In this document: positions 23,317-34,497 of the stretch, in pieces
How positions within the stretch are numbered: position 1 is the stretch's first letter
Layout of the letters: every line of letters starts with the position of its first letter
Assembly: GCA_964019425.1 (NCBI GenBank)
Contig: OZ025802.1
Location: forward strand, 1,054,001-1,118,000
Length of the DNA: 64,000 nucleotides
Source: Flectonema sp. DT1601
Taxonomy: Eukaryota
Reading direction: 5' to 3'
Notes under the pieces: generated by a model
Database searches by the model: none
What the model was told of the DNA's origin: nothing
What the model saw: the letters and a program-made list of their open reading frames with translations, nothing else
Translations under genes and position numbers: made by a program

Positions 23317-26300
23317 ATGATAAGCAACAGAGTAACTCGTTTCTGCTGTGTTGTTTGGTTATACTTGCTTCTTCAAGCATCACCAACTGCTGCTGAGTTG
23401 TGCGGAAGTAACACCTGTCTACCGACGGAGAGTTGCAAAGTTACGGAGTCGGGAAGCTTTTGTGTTTCTGCACTTTGTGGGGGTGAAATCTGTAGTGCCG
23501 ATGAAACTTGTTATAATGACGTTAAATGTGTTCTAACTTGTGATGGGTGGTCATGTCCTGATGGAGATGTTTGTGAAGATAGGTCTGCTTTAGGATTATC
23601 TCCGACATGTATTCCTGAAAATACAACAAGTGTTTGTGGAACGCAATCATGTTCTTACAATGAGACTTGTTACCAAAACCCGTATGGTAATGACTACTGC
23701 ATTCCTAATTGTAATGGATGGCAGTGTCCAGAGGGTGACTATTGTGAAAACAGATCTCACATGGGCATGTGGCCTGTGTGTGTTGCTCATAACACTACAT
23801 ACTGCGGAAACCATACATGTAATGAGAACCAAACTTGTTACCAGAACTCGTATGGCAATGACTACTGTGTTCCTAATTGCAATGGATGGTGGTGTCCAAG
23901 TGAGGAAGAATGTGAAGACAGATCGCACATGGGTCAGCGACCAGTGTGTGTTGCCCATAACACTACCAACTGTGGAAACTATGCTTGCAATGAGAACCAG
24001 ACTTGTTACCAAAGCCCGTATGGCAATGACTACTGTGTTGCTAATTGTAATGGATGGTTGTGTCCAGAGGGTGAGGTTTGTGAAGACAGATCGCACATGG
24101 GTAAGTGGCCGGTGTGTATCAACCACAACGGTACCGGCTGTGGAAGCCAAACTTGCAATGAGAATCAGACTTGTTACCAAAGCCCGTATGGCAATGACTA
24201 CTGTGTTGCTAATTGCAATGGATGGCAGTGTCCAGAGGGTGAAGATTGTGAAGACAGATCTCACATGGGCATGTGGCCGGTGTGTATTAACCACAACGGT
24301 ACCAGCTGTGGAAGCCAAACTTGCAATGAGAATCAGACTTGTTACCAAAGCCCGTATGGCAATGACTACTGTGTTGCTAATTGCAATGGATGGCAGTGTC
24401 CAGAGGGTGAAGAATGTGAAGACAGATCGCACATGGGCATGTGGCCAGTGTGTATTAACCACAATGATACCAGCTGTGGAAACCATACATGTAATGAGAA
24501 CCAAACTTGTTACCAGAACTCGTATGGCAATGACTACTGTGTTGCTAATTGTAATGGATGGTGGTGTCCAAGTGAGGAAGAATGTGAAGACAGATCGCAC
24601 ATGGGTCAGCGACCAGTGTGTGTTGCCCATAACACTACCTACTGTGGAAACTATGCTTGCAATGAGAACCAGACTTGTTACCAAAGCCCGTTTGGCAATG
24701 ACTACTGTGTTGCTAATTGCAATGGATGGTGGTGTCCAAGTGGTGAAGAATGTGATGACAGATCACACATGGGTAAGTGGCCGGTGTGTATTAACCACAA
24801 CGGTACCAGCTGTGGAAGCCAAACTTGCAATGAGAATCAGACTTGTTACCAAAACCCGCACGGCAATGACTACTGCGTCGCTAATTGCAATGGATGGCAG
24901 TGTCCAGAGGGTAAAGATTGTGAAGACAGATCTCACATTGGCATGCGGCCTGTGTGTATTTACCACAATGGTACCGGCTGTGGAAGCCAGATTTGCAATG
25001 AGAACCAAACTTGTTACCAGAACTCGTATGGGAATGACTACTGTGTTGCTAATTGTAATGGATGGTGGTGTCCAAGTGAGGAAGAATGTGAAGACAGATC
25101 GCACATGGGTCAGCGACCAGTGTGTGTTGCCCATAACACTACTGACTGCGGAAAATATACATGTAATGTGAACCAAACTTGTTACCAAAACCCTTATGGG
25201 AATGACTACTGTGTTCCTAATTGTAATAGATGGTGGTGTCCAAGGGGAGAAGTTTGTGAAGACAGATCACACATGGGTAAGTGGCCTGTGTGTGTTGCCC
25301 ATAACACTACTGACTGTGGAAACTATACATGTAATGTGAACCAAACATGTTACCAAAACCCTTATGGGAATGAATACTGTGTTTCTAATTGTAATGGTTG
25401 GAGGTGTCCGAGTGGTGAAGAATGTAAAGACAGATCACACATGGGTAAGTGGCCTGTGTGTGTTGCCCGTAACACTACTGACTGCGGAAAATATACATGT
25501 AATGTGAACCAAACTTGTTACCAAAACCCTTATGGGAATGAATACTGTGTTTCTAATTGTAATGGATGGAGGTGTCCGAGTGGTGAAGAATGTAAAGACA
25601 GATCACACATGGGTAAGTGGCCTGTGTGTGTTGCCCATAACACTACTGACTGTGGAAACTATACATGTAATGTGAACCAAACATGTTACCAAAACCCTTA
25701 TGGGAATGAATACTGTGTTTCTAATTGTAATGGTTGGAGGTGTCCGAGTGGTGAAGAATGTAAAGACAGATCACACATGGGTAAGTGGCCTGTGTGTGTT
25801 GCCCGTAACACTACTGACTGCGGAAAATATACATGTAATGTGAACCAAACTTGTTACCAAAACCCTTATGGGAATGACTACTGTGTTCCTAATTGTAATA
25901 GATGGTGGTGTCCAAGGGGAGAAGTTTGTGAAGACAGATCACACATGGGTAAGTGGCCTGTGTGTGTTGCCCATAACACTACTGACTGTGGAAACTATAC
26001 ATGTAATGTGAACCAAACATGTTACCAAAACCCTTATGGGAATGAATACTGTGTTTCTAATTGTAATGGATGGAGGTGTCCGAGTGGTGAAGAATGTAAA
26101 GACAGATCACACATGGGTAAGTGGCCTGTGTGTGTTGCCCGTAACACTACTGACTGCGGAAAATATACATGTAATGTGAACCAAACTTGTTACCAAAACC
26201 CTTATGGGAATGAATACTGTGTTTCTAATTGTAATGGTTGGAGGTGTCCGAGTGGTGAAGAATGTAAAGACAGATCACACATGGGTAAGTGGCCTGTGTG

Positions 26301-28959
26301 TGTTGCCCGTAACACTACTGACTGCGGAAAATATACATGTAATGTGAACCAAACTTGTTACCAAAACCCTTATGGGAATGAATACTGTGTTTCTAATTGT
26401 AATGGATGGAGGTGTCCGAGTGGTGAAGAATGTAAAGACAGATCACACATGGGTAAGTGGCCTGTGTGTGTTGCCCATAACACTACTGACTGTGGAAACT
26501 ATACATGTAATGTGAACCAAACATGTTACCAAAACCCTTATGGGAATGAATACTGTGTTTCTAATTGTAATGGATGGAGGTGTCCGAGTGGTGAAGAATG
26601 TAAAGACAGATCACACATGGGTAAATGGCCTGTGTGTGTTGCCCATAACACTACTGACTGTGGAAACTATACATGTAATGTGAACCAAACATGTTACCAA
26701 AACCCTTATGGGAATGAATACTGTGTTTCTAATTGTAATGGATGGAGGTGTCCGAGTGGTGAAGAATGTAAAGACAGATCACACATGGGTAAATGGCCTG
26801 TGTGTGTTGCCCATAACACTACTGACTGTGGAAACTATACATGTAATGTGAACCAAACATGTTACCAAAACCCTTATGGGAATGAATACTGTGTTCCTAA
26901 TTGTAATGGATGGCAGTGTCCGAGTGGTGAAGAATGTGAAGACAGATCGCACATGGGTAAATGGCCTGTGTGTGTTGCTCATAACACTACTGACTGTGGA
27001 AACTATACATGTAATGTGAACCAAACATGTTACCAAAACCCTTATGGGAATGAATACTGTGTTTCTAATTGTAATGGATGGCAGTGTCCGAGTGGTGAAG
27101 AATGTGAAGACAGATCGCACATGGGTAAATGGCCTGTGTGTGTTGCTCATAACACTACTGACTGCGGAAAATATACATGTAATGTGAACCAAACTTGTTA
27201 CCAAAACCCTTATGGGAATGACTACTGTGTTCCTAATTGTAATAGATGGTGGTGTCCAAGGGGAGAAGTTTGTGAAGACAGATCGAACATGGGTAAGTGG
27301 CCTGTGTGTGTTGCTCATAACACTACTGACTGTGGAAACTATACATGTAATGTGAACCAAACATGTTACCAAAACCCTTATGGGAATGAATACTGTGTTC
27401 CTAATTGTAATGGATGGCAGTGTCCGAGTGGTGAAGAATGTGAAGACAGATCGCACATGGGTAAATGGCCTGTGTGTGTTGCTCATAACACTACTGACTG
27501 TGGAAACTATACATGTAATGTGAACCAAACATGTTACCAAAACCCTTATGGGAATGAATACTGTGTTTCTAATTGTAATGGATGGCAGTGTCCGAGTGGT
27601 GAAGAATGTGAAGACAGATCGCACATGGGTAAATGGCCTGTGTGTGTTGCTCATAACACTACTGACTGCGGAAAATATACATGTAATGTGAACCAAACTT
27701 GTTACCAAAACCCTTATGGGAATGACTACTGTGTTCCTAATTGTAATAGATGGTGGTGTCCAAGGGGAGAAGTTTGTGAAGACAGATCGAACATGGGTAA
27801 GTGGCCTGTGTGTGTTGCTCATAACACTACTGACTGTGGAAACTATACATGTAATGTGAACCAAACATGTTACCAAAACCCTTATGGGAATGAATACTGT
27901 GTTCCTAATTGTAATGGATGGCAGTGTCCGAGTGGTGAAGAATGTGAAGACAGATCGCACATGGGTAAATGGCCTGTGTGTGTTGCTCATAACACTACTG
28001 ACTGCGGAAAATATACATGTAATGTGAACCAAACTTGTTACCAAAACCCTTATGGGAATGACTACTGTGTTCCTAATTGTAATAGATGGTGGTGTCCAAG
28101 GGGAGAAGTTTGTGAAGACAGATCGAACATGGGTAAGTGGCCTGTGTGTGTTGCTCATAACACTACTGACTGTGGAAACTATACATGTAATGTGAACCAA
28201 ACATGTTACCAAAACCCTTATGGGAATGAATACTGTGTTCCTAATTGTAATGGATGGAGGTGTCCAGAGGGTGAAGAATGCGAAGACAGATCGCACATGG
28301 GTCAGCGACCAGTGTGTGTTGCCCCTAACACTACCAACTGTGGAAACCTTACTTGCAATGAGAACCAAACTTGTTACCAAAGCCCACAAGGTAATGATGA
28401 ATGTATTCCAAATTGCAATGTATGGTGGTGTCCAGATGGTGAAGTTTGTGAAGACAGATCGCACATAGGTAAGTGGCCGGTTTGTGGAAATTCATCTGCT
28501 AATCCAGCGGTGCAAAGGTGTGGTGATACGTACTGCACATCAGGTGAAAGTTGTATAGAGAGTGAGTGTTATACAAATTGTGTTGGGATTGACTGTGATG
28601 AAGGAACTCATTGCGAGGTTGATACAATCTTTAATTACGCGTCCTGCAAGAATGACATCTACTGTGATGGAGTAGTCTGCAGAGCTGGAGAAGAATGTTT
28701 AACTGATAAAAATGGAATAGCTTCATGTGCTAAAGGAGCAGCAAGTATTGGTAACGACAGTTCTGATGACGATACTAATAACGTAGTGTATTATATTATA
28801 GCAGCTGTTGGTGGACTCTTATTAGTTGGAGGTATTGTTACTTACAAAGTAATCAACTCGAGATCAGTCCCTTCTTCAGTCAGTGTGCTAGACGTTTCAG
28901 AGTTGCCCTTGAAGGAAGCATACGAAAAAGAATTATCAGAAATCCCAGTTGCAATATAA
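23317..28959 (+). CDS. Type I membrane Cys-rich repeat surface glycoprotein, long paralogue (29 x 56-aa repeats)
   Basis: Signal peptide, 8-Cys 56-aa repeats with many N-x-T sequons, TM VVYYIIAAVGGLLLVGGIVTY and a short cytoplasmic tail. Confidence 0.88.
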   Translation: MISNRVTRFCCVVWLYLLLQASPTAAELCGSNTCLPTESCKVTESGSFCVSALCGGEICSADETCYNDVKCVLTCDGWSCPDGDVCEDRSALGLSPTCIPENTTSVCGTQSCSYNETCYQNPYGNDYCIPNCNGWQCPEGDYCENRSHMGMWPVCVAHNTTYCGNHTCNENQTCYQNSYGNDYCVPNCNGWWCPSEEECEDRSHMGQRPVCVAHNTTNCGNYACNENQTCYQSPYGNDYCVANCNGWLCPEGEVCEDRSHMGKWPVCINHNGTGCGSQTCNENQTCYQSPYGNDYCVANCNGWQCPEGEDCEDRSHMGMWPVCINHNGTSCGSQTCNENQTCYQSPYGNDYCVANCNGWQCPEGEECEDRSHMGMWPVCINHNDTSCGNHTCNENQTCYQNSYGNDYCVANCNGWWCPSEEECEDRSHMGQRPVCVAHNTTYCGNYACNENQTCYQSPFGNDYCVANCNGWWCPSGEECDDRSHMGKWPVCINHNGTSCGSQTCNENQTCYQNPHGNDYCVANCNGWQCPEGKDCEDRSHIGMRPVCIYHNGTGCGSQICNENQTCYQNSYGNDYCVANCNGWWCPSEEECEDRSHMGQRPVCVAHNTTDCGKYTCNVNQTCYQNPYGNDYCVPNCNRWWCPRGEVCEDRSHMGKWPVCVAHNTTDCGNYTCNVNQTCYQNPYGNEYCVSNCNGWRCPSGEECKDRSHMGKWPVCVARNTTDCGKYTCNVNQTCYQNPYGNEYCVSNCNGWRCPSGEECKDRSHMGKWPVCVAHNTTDCGNYTCNVNQTCYQNPYGNEYCVSNCNGWRCPSGEECKDRSHMGKWPVCVARNTTDCGKYTCNVNQTCYQNPYGNDYCVPNCNRWWCPRGEVCEDRSHMGKWPVCVAHNTTDCGNYTCNVNQTCYQNPYGNEYCVSNCNGWRCPSGEECKDRSHMGKWPVCVARNTTDCGKYTCNVNQTCYQNPYGNEYCVSNCNGWRCPSGEECKDRSHMGKWPVCVARNTTDCGKYTCNVNQTCYQNPYGNEYCVSNCNGWRCPSGEECKDRSHMGKWPVCVAHNTTDCGNYTCNVNQTCYQNPYGNEYCVSNCNGWRCPSGEECKDRSHMGKWPVCVAHNTTDCGNYTCNVNQTCYQNPYGNEYCVSNCNGWRCPSGEECKDRSHMGKWPVCVAHNTTDCGNYTCNVNQTCYQNPYGNEYCVPNCNGWQCPSGEECEDRSHMGKWPVCVAHNTTDCGNYTCNVNQTCYQNPYGNEYCVSNCNGWQCPSGEECEDRSHMGKWPVCVAHNTTDCGKYTCNVNQTCYQNPYGNDYCVPNCNRWWCPRGEVCEDRSNMGKWPVCVAHNTTDCGNYTCNVNQTCYQNPYGNEYCVPNCNGWQCPSGEECEDRSHMGKWPVCVAHNTTDCGNYTCNVNQTCYQNPYGNEYCVSNCNGWQCPSGEECEDRSHMGKWPVCVAHNTTDCGKYTCNVNQTCYQNPYGNDYCVPNCNRWWCPRGEVCEDRSNMGKWPVCVAHNTTDCGNYTCNVNQTCYQNPYGNEYCVPNCNGWQCPSGEECEDRSHMGKWPVCVAHNTTDCGKYTCNVNQTCYQNPYGNDYCVPNCNRWWCPRGEVCEDRSNMGKWPVCVAHNTTDCGNYTCNVNQTCYQNPYGNEYCVPNCNGWRCPEGEECEDRSHMGQRPVCVAPNTTNCGNLTCNENQTCYQSPQGNDECIPNCNVWWCPDGEVCEDRSHIGKWPVCGNSSANPAVQRCGDTYCTSGESCIESECYTNCVGIDCDEGTHCEVDTIFNYASCKNDIYCDGVVCRAGEECLTDKNGIASCAKGAASIGNDSSDDDTNNVVYYIIAAVGGLLLVGGIVTYKVINSRSVPSSVSVLDVSELPLKEAYEKELSEIPVAI
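23635..28485 (+). repeat. Coding tandem repeat, 168-bp unit x 29 (last unit partial)
   Basis: Unit starts run from 23635 to 28339 = 28 x 168 bp; AACCCTTATG recurs at 25861 and 26701 (5 x 168). Confidence 0.95.
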
Positions 28960-30190
28960 TGTATATTTCACAGCTGTTTAGTATTTTGATTTAATGATTC
29001 CCCTTAGTGACATATATCACGTAAGGGGGCACTCAATTTATTAAAAAAAAATTTATTCCCTATTTTTTTCAACCGTTGGAACTGTAGTGAATAAGAGAAG
29101 ATCTAAGCATCATCTTGAAGAAGACTACAAAAGGAAGTGTTTTTTTTTTTTTTTTGTTCTGTGTTATTGTTAGCTGTTTTTTTTTAAATTTTTTTTTGAG
29201 AAAATTAATCTTCATTCCAACAAACATAAAATAGAGAACATTTAGTTGTTAGTCACTTGATGCAGAAGATGTTTTCCATATTTTTTTTTATTTTTATGTG
29301 ACCTGTATTGTTATTTATCTAAACCAATTTCCTTCCTCCGATAAGGAGAGTAGTCCAGGTTGGTTAAAAGGTAATTTTATTGTTTTTTTTCAGTGAACTA
29401 TTGAATTGAATTTTTTTTTTTATAATTTTCAATTATAGATCGAACGGCAAACCTGCCATCAGCCGAGATTTGTTTTATGCAAATAGTGGTTGTTTCAATC
29501 TTATTTGTTTCGAAATCTCAGTTTTTTGTTCCTTTTGATGGTTTGCTCAGCAAAGCAAGCAAATCATACGTTTCTTTTTTGTGCTACTTGGAAACTTATC
29601 TCGATACGCACAGCAACTTATTCTCTCTGACTTGGCAGTGGAAAATTGTATTTTAAATTTTATTTTTTTTGAGAAATTCATTAACTCGATCGAATTCTTT
29701 TGGACCTGCTCTGTACAAAGACCGCGAATGATTGGTGTGACAAATATATAACAAAAAAAATCACACTGGCTTCGACTTCTAATCACATGACAAGTTATGA
29801 CTTTCTTAAGGCTGGTTTAACCTGTGATTGTGTTTTGCTATGCTCTCTCCTTGCCCTTTTTTGGTTAATGTATTTTTCAGGTTTTCATTGTTGGGATCAA
29901 CAAATCGCAATCATTTCTAGAAAAAAAAAAAATAATAATAATAATAATTATTTGCGAAAATCACCAAAATCCCAACATAAATAAGCTGTCCACGAGGGTT
30001 CGAAATTGACCCAAAAAAAAAAAAAAAAATGCAATTTGTTTCATCTTTCCCTCCACCTTTAACCTTTCCTTTCTTCTTTGAGAAGAAATTATTTTCATTT
30101 TCTTTTTTTTTTTTTTTTTAATTGATTAATTGAAACACACTAGTTGAACCATTAAACAGACTAAACAAAACAAAAGCAAAATCCGTCTCG

Positions 30191-30263
30191 GGATGATGGT
30201 GTCCAAGGAGAGAAGTTTGTGAAGACAATCGCACATGGGTCAGCGACCAGTGTGTTGACCATA
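30191..30263 (+). pseudogene. Orphan, frame-disrupted fragment of the 168-bp repeat unit
   Basis: Matches 31723-31798 with 1-nt and 2-nt deletions and a few substitutions. Confidence 0.8.
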
Positions 30264-30269
30264 TCATAT

Positions 30270-33200
30270 CCCCAGTCCATATCATAGTTATTGTGACTAA
30301 ATTTAATAATAATATTATTTCATCATCAGGGTATAACGTTGTGATGAACATTTATCACAACGTCAATCAATCTCAGTACTCATTGTACCCTCACGTCTTT
30401 ATATTAATGAGTTCTCATCAATGTTTGATTTGTAGTTGAAGCTACTACTTGTTATCTTTCTTTCAGTTAACAAAAAAACGAAAATGATAAGCAACAGAGT
30501 AACTCGTTTCTGCTGTGTTGTTTGGTTATACTTGCTTCTTCAAGCATCACCAACTGCTGCTGAGTTGTGCGGAAGTAACACCTGTCTACCGACGGAGAGT
30601 TGCAAAGTTACGGAGTCGGGAAGCTTTTGTGTTTCTGCACTTTGTGGGGGTGAAATCTGTAGTGCCGATGAAACTTGTTATAATGACGTTAAATGTGTTC
30701 TAACTTGTGATGGGTGGTCATGTCCTGATGGAGATGTTTGTGAAGATAGGTCTGCTTTAGGATTATCTCCGACATGTATTCCTGAAAATACAACAAGTGT
30801 TTGTGGAACGCAATCATGTTCTTACAATGAGACTTGTTACCAAAACCCGTATGGTAATGACTACTGCATTCCTAATTGTAATGGATGGCAGTGTCCAGAG
30901 GGTGAAGATTGTGAAGACAGATCTCACATGGGCATGTGGCCGGAGTGTATTAACCACAACGGTACCAGCTGTGGAAACCATACATGCAATGAGAACCAAA
31001 CTTGTTACCAGAACTCGTATGGCAATGACTACTGTGTTCCTAATTGCAATGGATGGTGGTGTCCAAGTGGTGAAGAATGTGAAGATAGATCGCACATGGG
31101 TCAGCGACCAGTGTGTGTTGCCCATAACACTACCTACTGTGGAAACTATGCTTGCAATGAGAACCAGACTTGTTACCAAAGCCCGTTTGGCAATGACTAC
31201 TGTGTTGCTAATTGCAATGGATGGTGGTGTCCAAGTGGTGAAGAATGTGAAGACAGATCGCACATGGGTAAGTGGCCGGTGTGTATTAACCACAATGGTA
31301 CCAGCTGTGGAAGCCAAACTTGCAATGAGAATCAGACTTGTTACCAAAGCCCGTATGGCAATGACTACTGCGTCGCTAATTGTAATGGATGGTGGTGTCC
31401 AAGTGGTGAAGAATGTGAAGACAGATCGCACATGGGTCAGTGGCCGGTGTGTATTAACCACAACGGTACCAGCTGTGGAAGCCAAACTTGCAATGAGAAT
31501 CAGACTTGTTACCAAAGCCCGTATGGCAATGACTACTGTGTTGCTAATTGCAATGGATGGCAGTGTCCAGAGGGTGAAGAATGTGAAGACAGATCGCACA
31601 TGGGCATGTGGCCGGTGTGTATTAACCACAATGATACCAGCTGTGGAAACCATACATGCAATGAGAACCAAACTTGTTACCAGAACTCGTATGGCAATGA
31701 CTACTGTGTTGCTAATTGCAATGGATGGTGGTGTCCAAGGGGAGAAGTTTGTGAAGACAGATCGCACATGGGTCAGCGACCAGTGTGTGTTGCCCATAAC
31801 ACTACCTACTGTGGAAACTATGCTTGCAATGAGAACCAGACTTGTTACCAAAGCCCGTATGGCAATGACTACTGTGTTGCTAATTGTAATGGATGGTGGT
31901 GTCCAAGGGGAGAAGTTTGTGAAGACAGATCGCACATGGGTCAGTGGCCTGTGTGTATCAACCACAATGGTACCAGCTGTGGAAGCCAAACTTGCAATGA
32001 GAATCAGACTTGTTACCAGAACTCGTATGGCAATGAATACTGTGTTGCTAATTGCAATGGATGGTGGTGTCCGGGGGGTGAAGATTGTGAAGACAGATCG
32101 CACATGGGTATGTGGCCAGTGTGTATTAACCACAATGGTACCAGCTGTGGAAGCCAAACTTGCAATGAGAACCAAACTTGTTACCAGAACTCGTATGGCA
32201 ATGAATACTGTGTTGCTAATTGCAATGGTTGGTGGTGTCCAGAGGGTGAAGAATGTGAAGACAGATCGCACATGGGTCAGTGGCCTGTGTGTGTTGCCCA
32301 TAACACTACCAACTGCGGAAGCCAAACTTGCAATGAGAACCAAACTTGTTACCAAAGCCCACAAGGTAATGAACACTGTGTTGTAAATTGCAATGGATGG
32401 CAGTGTCCAGAAGGTGAAGTTTGTGAAGACAGATCGCACATGGGTAAGTGGCCGGTTTGTGGAAATTCATCTGCTGATCCAGCGGTGCAAAGGTGTGGTG
32501 ATACGTACTGCACATCAGGTGAAAGTTGTATAGAGAGTGAGTGTTATACAAATTGTGTTGGGATTGACTGTGATGAAGGAACTCATTGCGAGGTTGATAC
32601 AATCTCTCATTACGCGTCCTGCAAGAATGACATCTACTGTGATGGAGTAGTCTGCAGAGCTGGAGAAGAATGTTTAACTGATAAAAATGGAATAGCTTCA
32701 TGTGCTAAAGGAGCAGCAAGTATTGGTAACGACAGTTCTGATGACGATACTAATAACGTAGTGTATTATATTATAGCAGCTGTTGGTGGACTCTTATTAG
32801 TTGGAGGTATTGTTACTTACAAAGTAATCAACTCGAGATCAGTCCCATCCACAGTAGATATTCTCGACGCTAAAATTGATCCATTGAAAGAGGCATACGC
32901 AGATGAACTTTCAGAAATCCCAGTTGCAATATAAAGTATAGCTTTTAAACTTGTATTCATTGTTATTTAATGATTTAATTGAAATGAATACCTCCTAAGT
33001 GACGAATGTCACTGGGGGTAATACTCAATCGATTATTATTCTCTCTTTCCCCTATTTTTCTACCGTTGGAACTGAATAAGAGAAGACCTCTTCTTGAATA
33101 AAGTGCAGCAACCAGAATTACAGAAGAGGGAGTTTTAATTCTGTGTAATTGTCGCTTTTTTTTTTACTTATTTTTTTTTTTATTGACAAAATTAATTTTC

Positions 33201-34390
33201 ATTCCAACAAACATAAAATTGAGCACATTTAGTTGTTAGTCACTTGATGCTGAAGGTATTTTTCATATTTTTTTACTTATTTTTTTTTTTTCTTTAAAAG
33301 TGTGTTGCAGATCTTACGTACGACAGTTGTGATTTCGAGGTTTCAGATAGTCGCTCCTCAAAGATAAAACGGAGGCCATTTAATTGAACCTGACTATCTG
33401 TAATTGAAGTCATGTCTAAGTGCAGAAAAGAGATTTGACAATCTGAGGCACTAGAAGAAAAAAAAAGAAAAAAAAAGTATTGTAAGTAGTAGACAATTCA
33501 AAAGGTGATGTGAAATTTCATTATCTTACACCCATACTGGGTACACTTCCTCTGATAGTGAGATGGTTCTAGTTAGTGAGTCAGGAAACCGTAAATTTAA
33601 ACTAGCCAGTGTGGAGTTAGTTATTCATTAATTACTCAGTGAACTCGAATTGAAAAAAAAAAAAAAAAATCGGACAGAACGGCAATAACCTGCCATCATT
33701 TCAGGATTCAGCTTTATGCGTATCCTGTTTTTTTAATACTTTTTTTTTTTTTGTTTGTTTTAGAATTAGTTTTCCGTTCTCTAAATGTTTGCTCAATAGA
33801 GCAAGCGAATATGTGTTTGTGCTACTTGGGAAAAAAAAAAAAATCATTTTAGCAGCCTGACCTCAACTGCTGAAATGAAATGGTTCGTTTTCAGTGATCT
33901 TATCTCAAAACACACATGCTTACATTTTATCTCTAACTTAACAATTTGCAAATTTTATTTAAATTTTTTTTTTTTTTTTTTTGAGTAATTTCATTAACTC
34001 GATCGATTCTATTGGTCATGCTCTGTATGGAGACCGCGAATGGTTGGTGGTGAGTCCAATCGCTGTCTGTAGTAATACAAAAGAACATAAACATAATATT
34101 ATGTATTCATTTTGCTAACTAACTAACTAACATTTTGCATTAATAGTTGAGGTAGTTTTCAGCTTTTAAATCTTTAAAGGCCGATGTACCTTTTTTTTTT
34201 CTGTTGGGAAAATCGCAATCATTTTTTAAAAAAAAAAAAAAAGATAAAAAATTGTGTCATCTTTTCCCTCCTTTTTTTTGCCCTCTCTTTTCTTCTCTGG
34301 ATGAATTCCTTTCTATTATTATTATTATTATTTTCTTTTTTTTGCTAAAGTCAAATACATCTTATTTGAACCACAATACAGGTAAAACAG
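30270..34390 (+). repeat. Second copy of a tandem segmental duplication (first copy ~23100-30170)
   Basis: Near-identical 5' flank (ATTGTGACTAAATTTAATAAT...) and CDS ends. The 3' flanks are diverged but alignable (ACCGTTGGAACTG, CATTTAGTTGTTAGTCACTTGATGC, TTCATTAACTCGATCGA, AAATCGCAATCATTT). Confidence 0.85.
30484..32934 (+). CDS. Type I membrane Cys-rich repeat surface glycoprotein, short paralogue (10 x 56-aa repeats)
   Basis: The N-terminus is identical to the long paralogue, and the length differs by exactly 19 x 56 aa. Confidence 0.88.
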   Translation: MISNRVTRFCCVVWLYLLLQASPTAAELCGSNTCLPTESCKVTESGSFCVSALCGGEICSADETCYNDVKCVLTCDGWSCPDGDVCEDRSALGLSPTCIPENTTSVCGTQSCSYNETCYQNPYGNDYCIPNCNGWQCPEGEDCEDRSHMGMWPECINHNGTSCGNHTCNENQTCYQNSYGNDYCVPNCNGWWCPSGEECEDRSHMGQRPVCVAHNTTYCGNYACNENQTCYQSPFGNDYCVANCNGWWCPSGEECEDRSHMGKWPVCINHNGTSCGSQTCNENQTCYQSPYGNDYCVANCNGWWCPSGEECEDRSHMGQWPVCINHNGTSCGSQTCNENQTCYQSPYGNDYCVANCNGWQCPEGEECEDRSHMGMWPVCINHNDTSCGNHTCNENQTCYQNSYGNDYCVANCNGWWCPRGEVCEDRSHMGQRPVCVAHNTTYCGNYACNENQTCYQSPYGNDYCVANCNGWWCPRGEVCEDRSHMGQWPVCINHNGTSCGSQTCNENQTCYQNSYGNEYCVANCNGWWCPGGEDCEDRSHMGMWPVCINHNGTSCGSQTCNENQTCYQNSYGNEYCVANCNGWWCPEGEECEDRSHMGQWPVCVAHNTTNCGSQTCNENQTCYQSPQGNEHCVVNCNGWQCPEGEVCEDRSHMGKWPVCGNSSADPAVQRCGDTYCTSGESCIESECYTNCVGIDCDEGTHCEVDTISHYASCKNDIYCDGVVCRAGEECLTDKNGIASCAKGAASIGNDSSDDDTNNVVYYIIAAVGGLLLVGGIVTYKVINSRSVPSTVDILDAKIDPLKEAYADELSEIPVAI

Positions 34391-34497
34391 AACAATTACA
34401 AGCAGGGTGATGTTACCGTAATATTCAACACCAATCTAATTGCAATATTATAACTACACATAGTATTTATCTTAAACGAAAAGCACAGCAACCTTAT

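Noticed and set aside
23635..28485. CRISPR-like periodicity
   Set aside because: Contiguous in-frame coding units without unique spacers, no cas genes, eukaryotic context.
23630..32439. Long alternative-frame and antisense ORFs (513, 345, 561, 529, 541 aa) in the repeat arrays
   Set aside because: Shadows of a 168-bp repeat lacking stops in other frames; no signal peptide or independent features.
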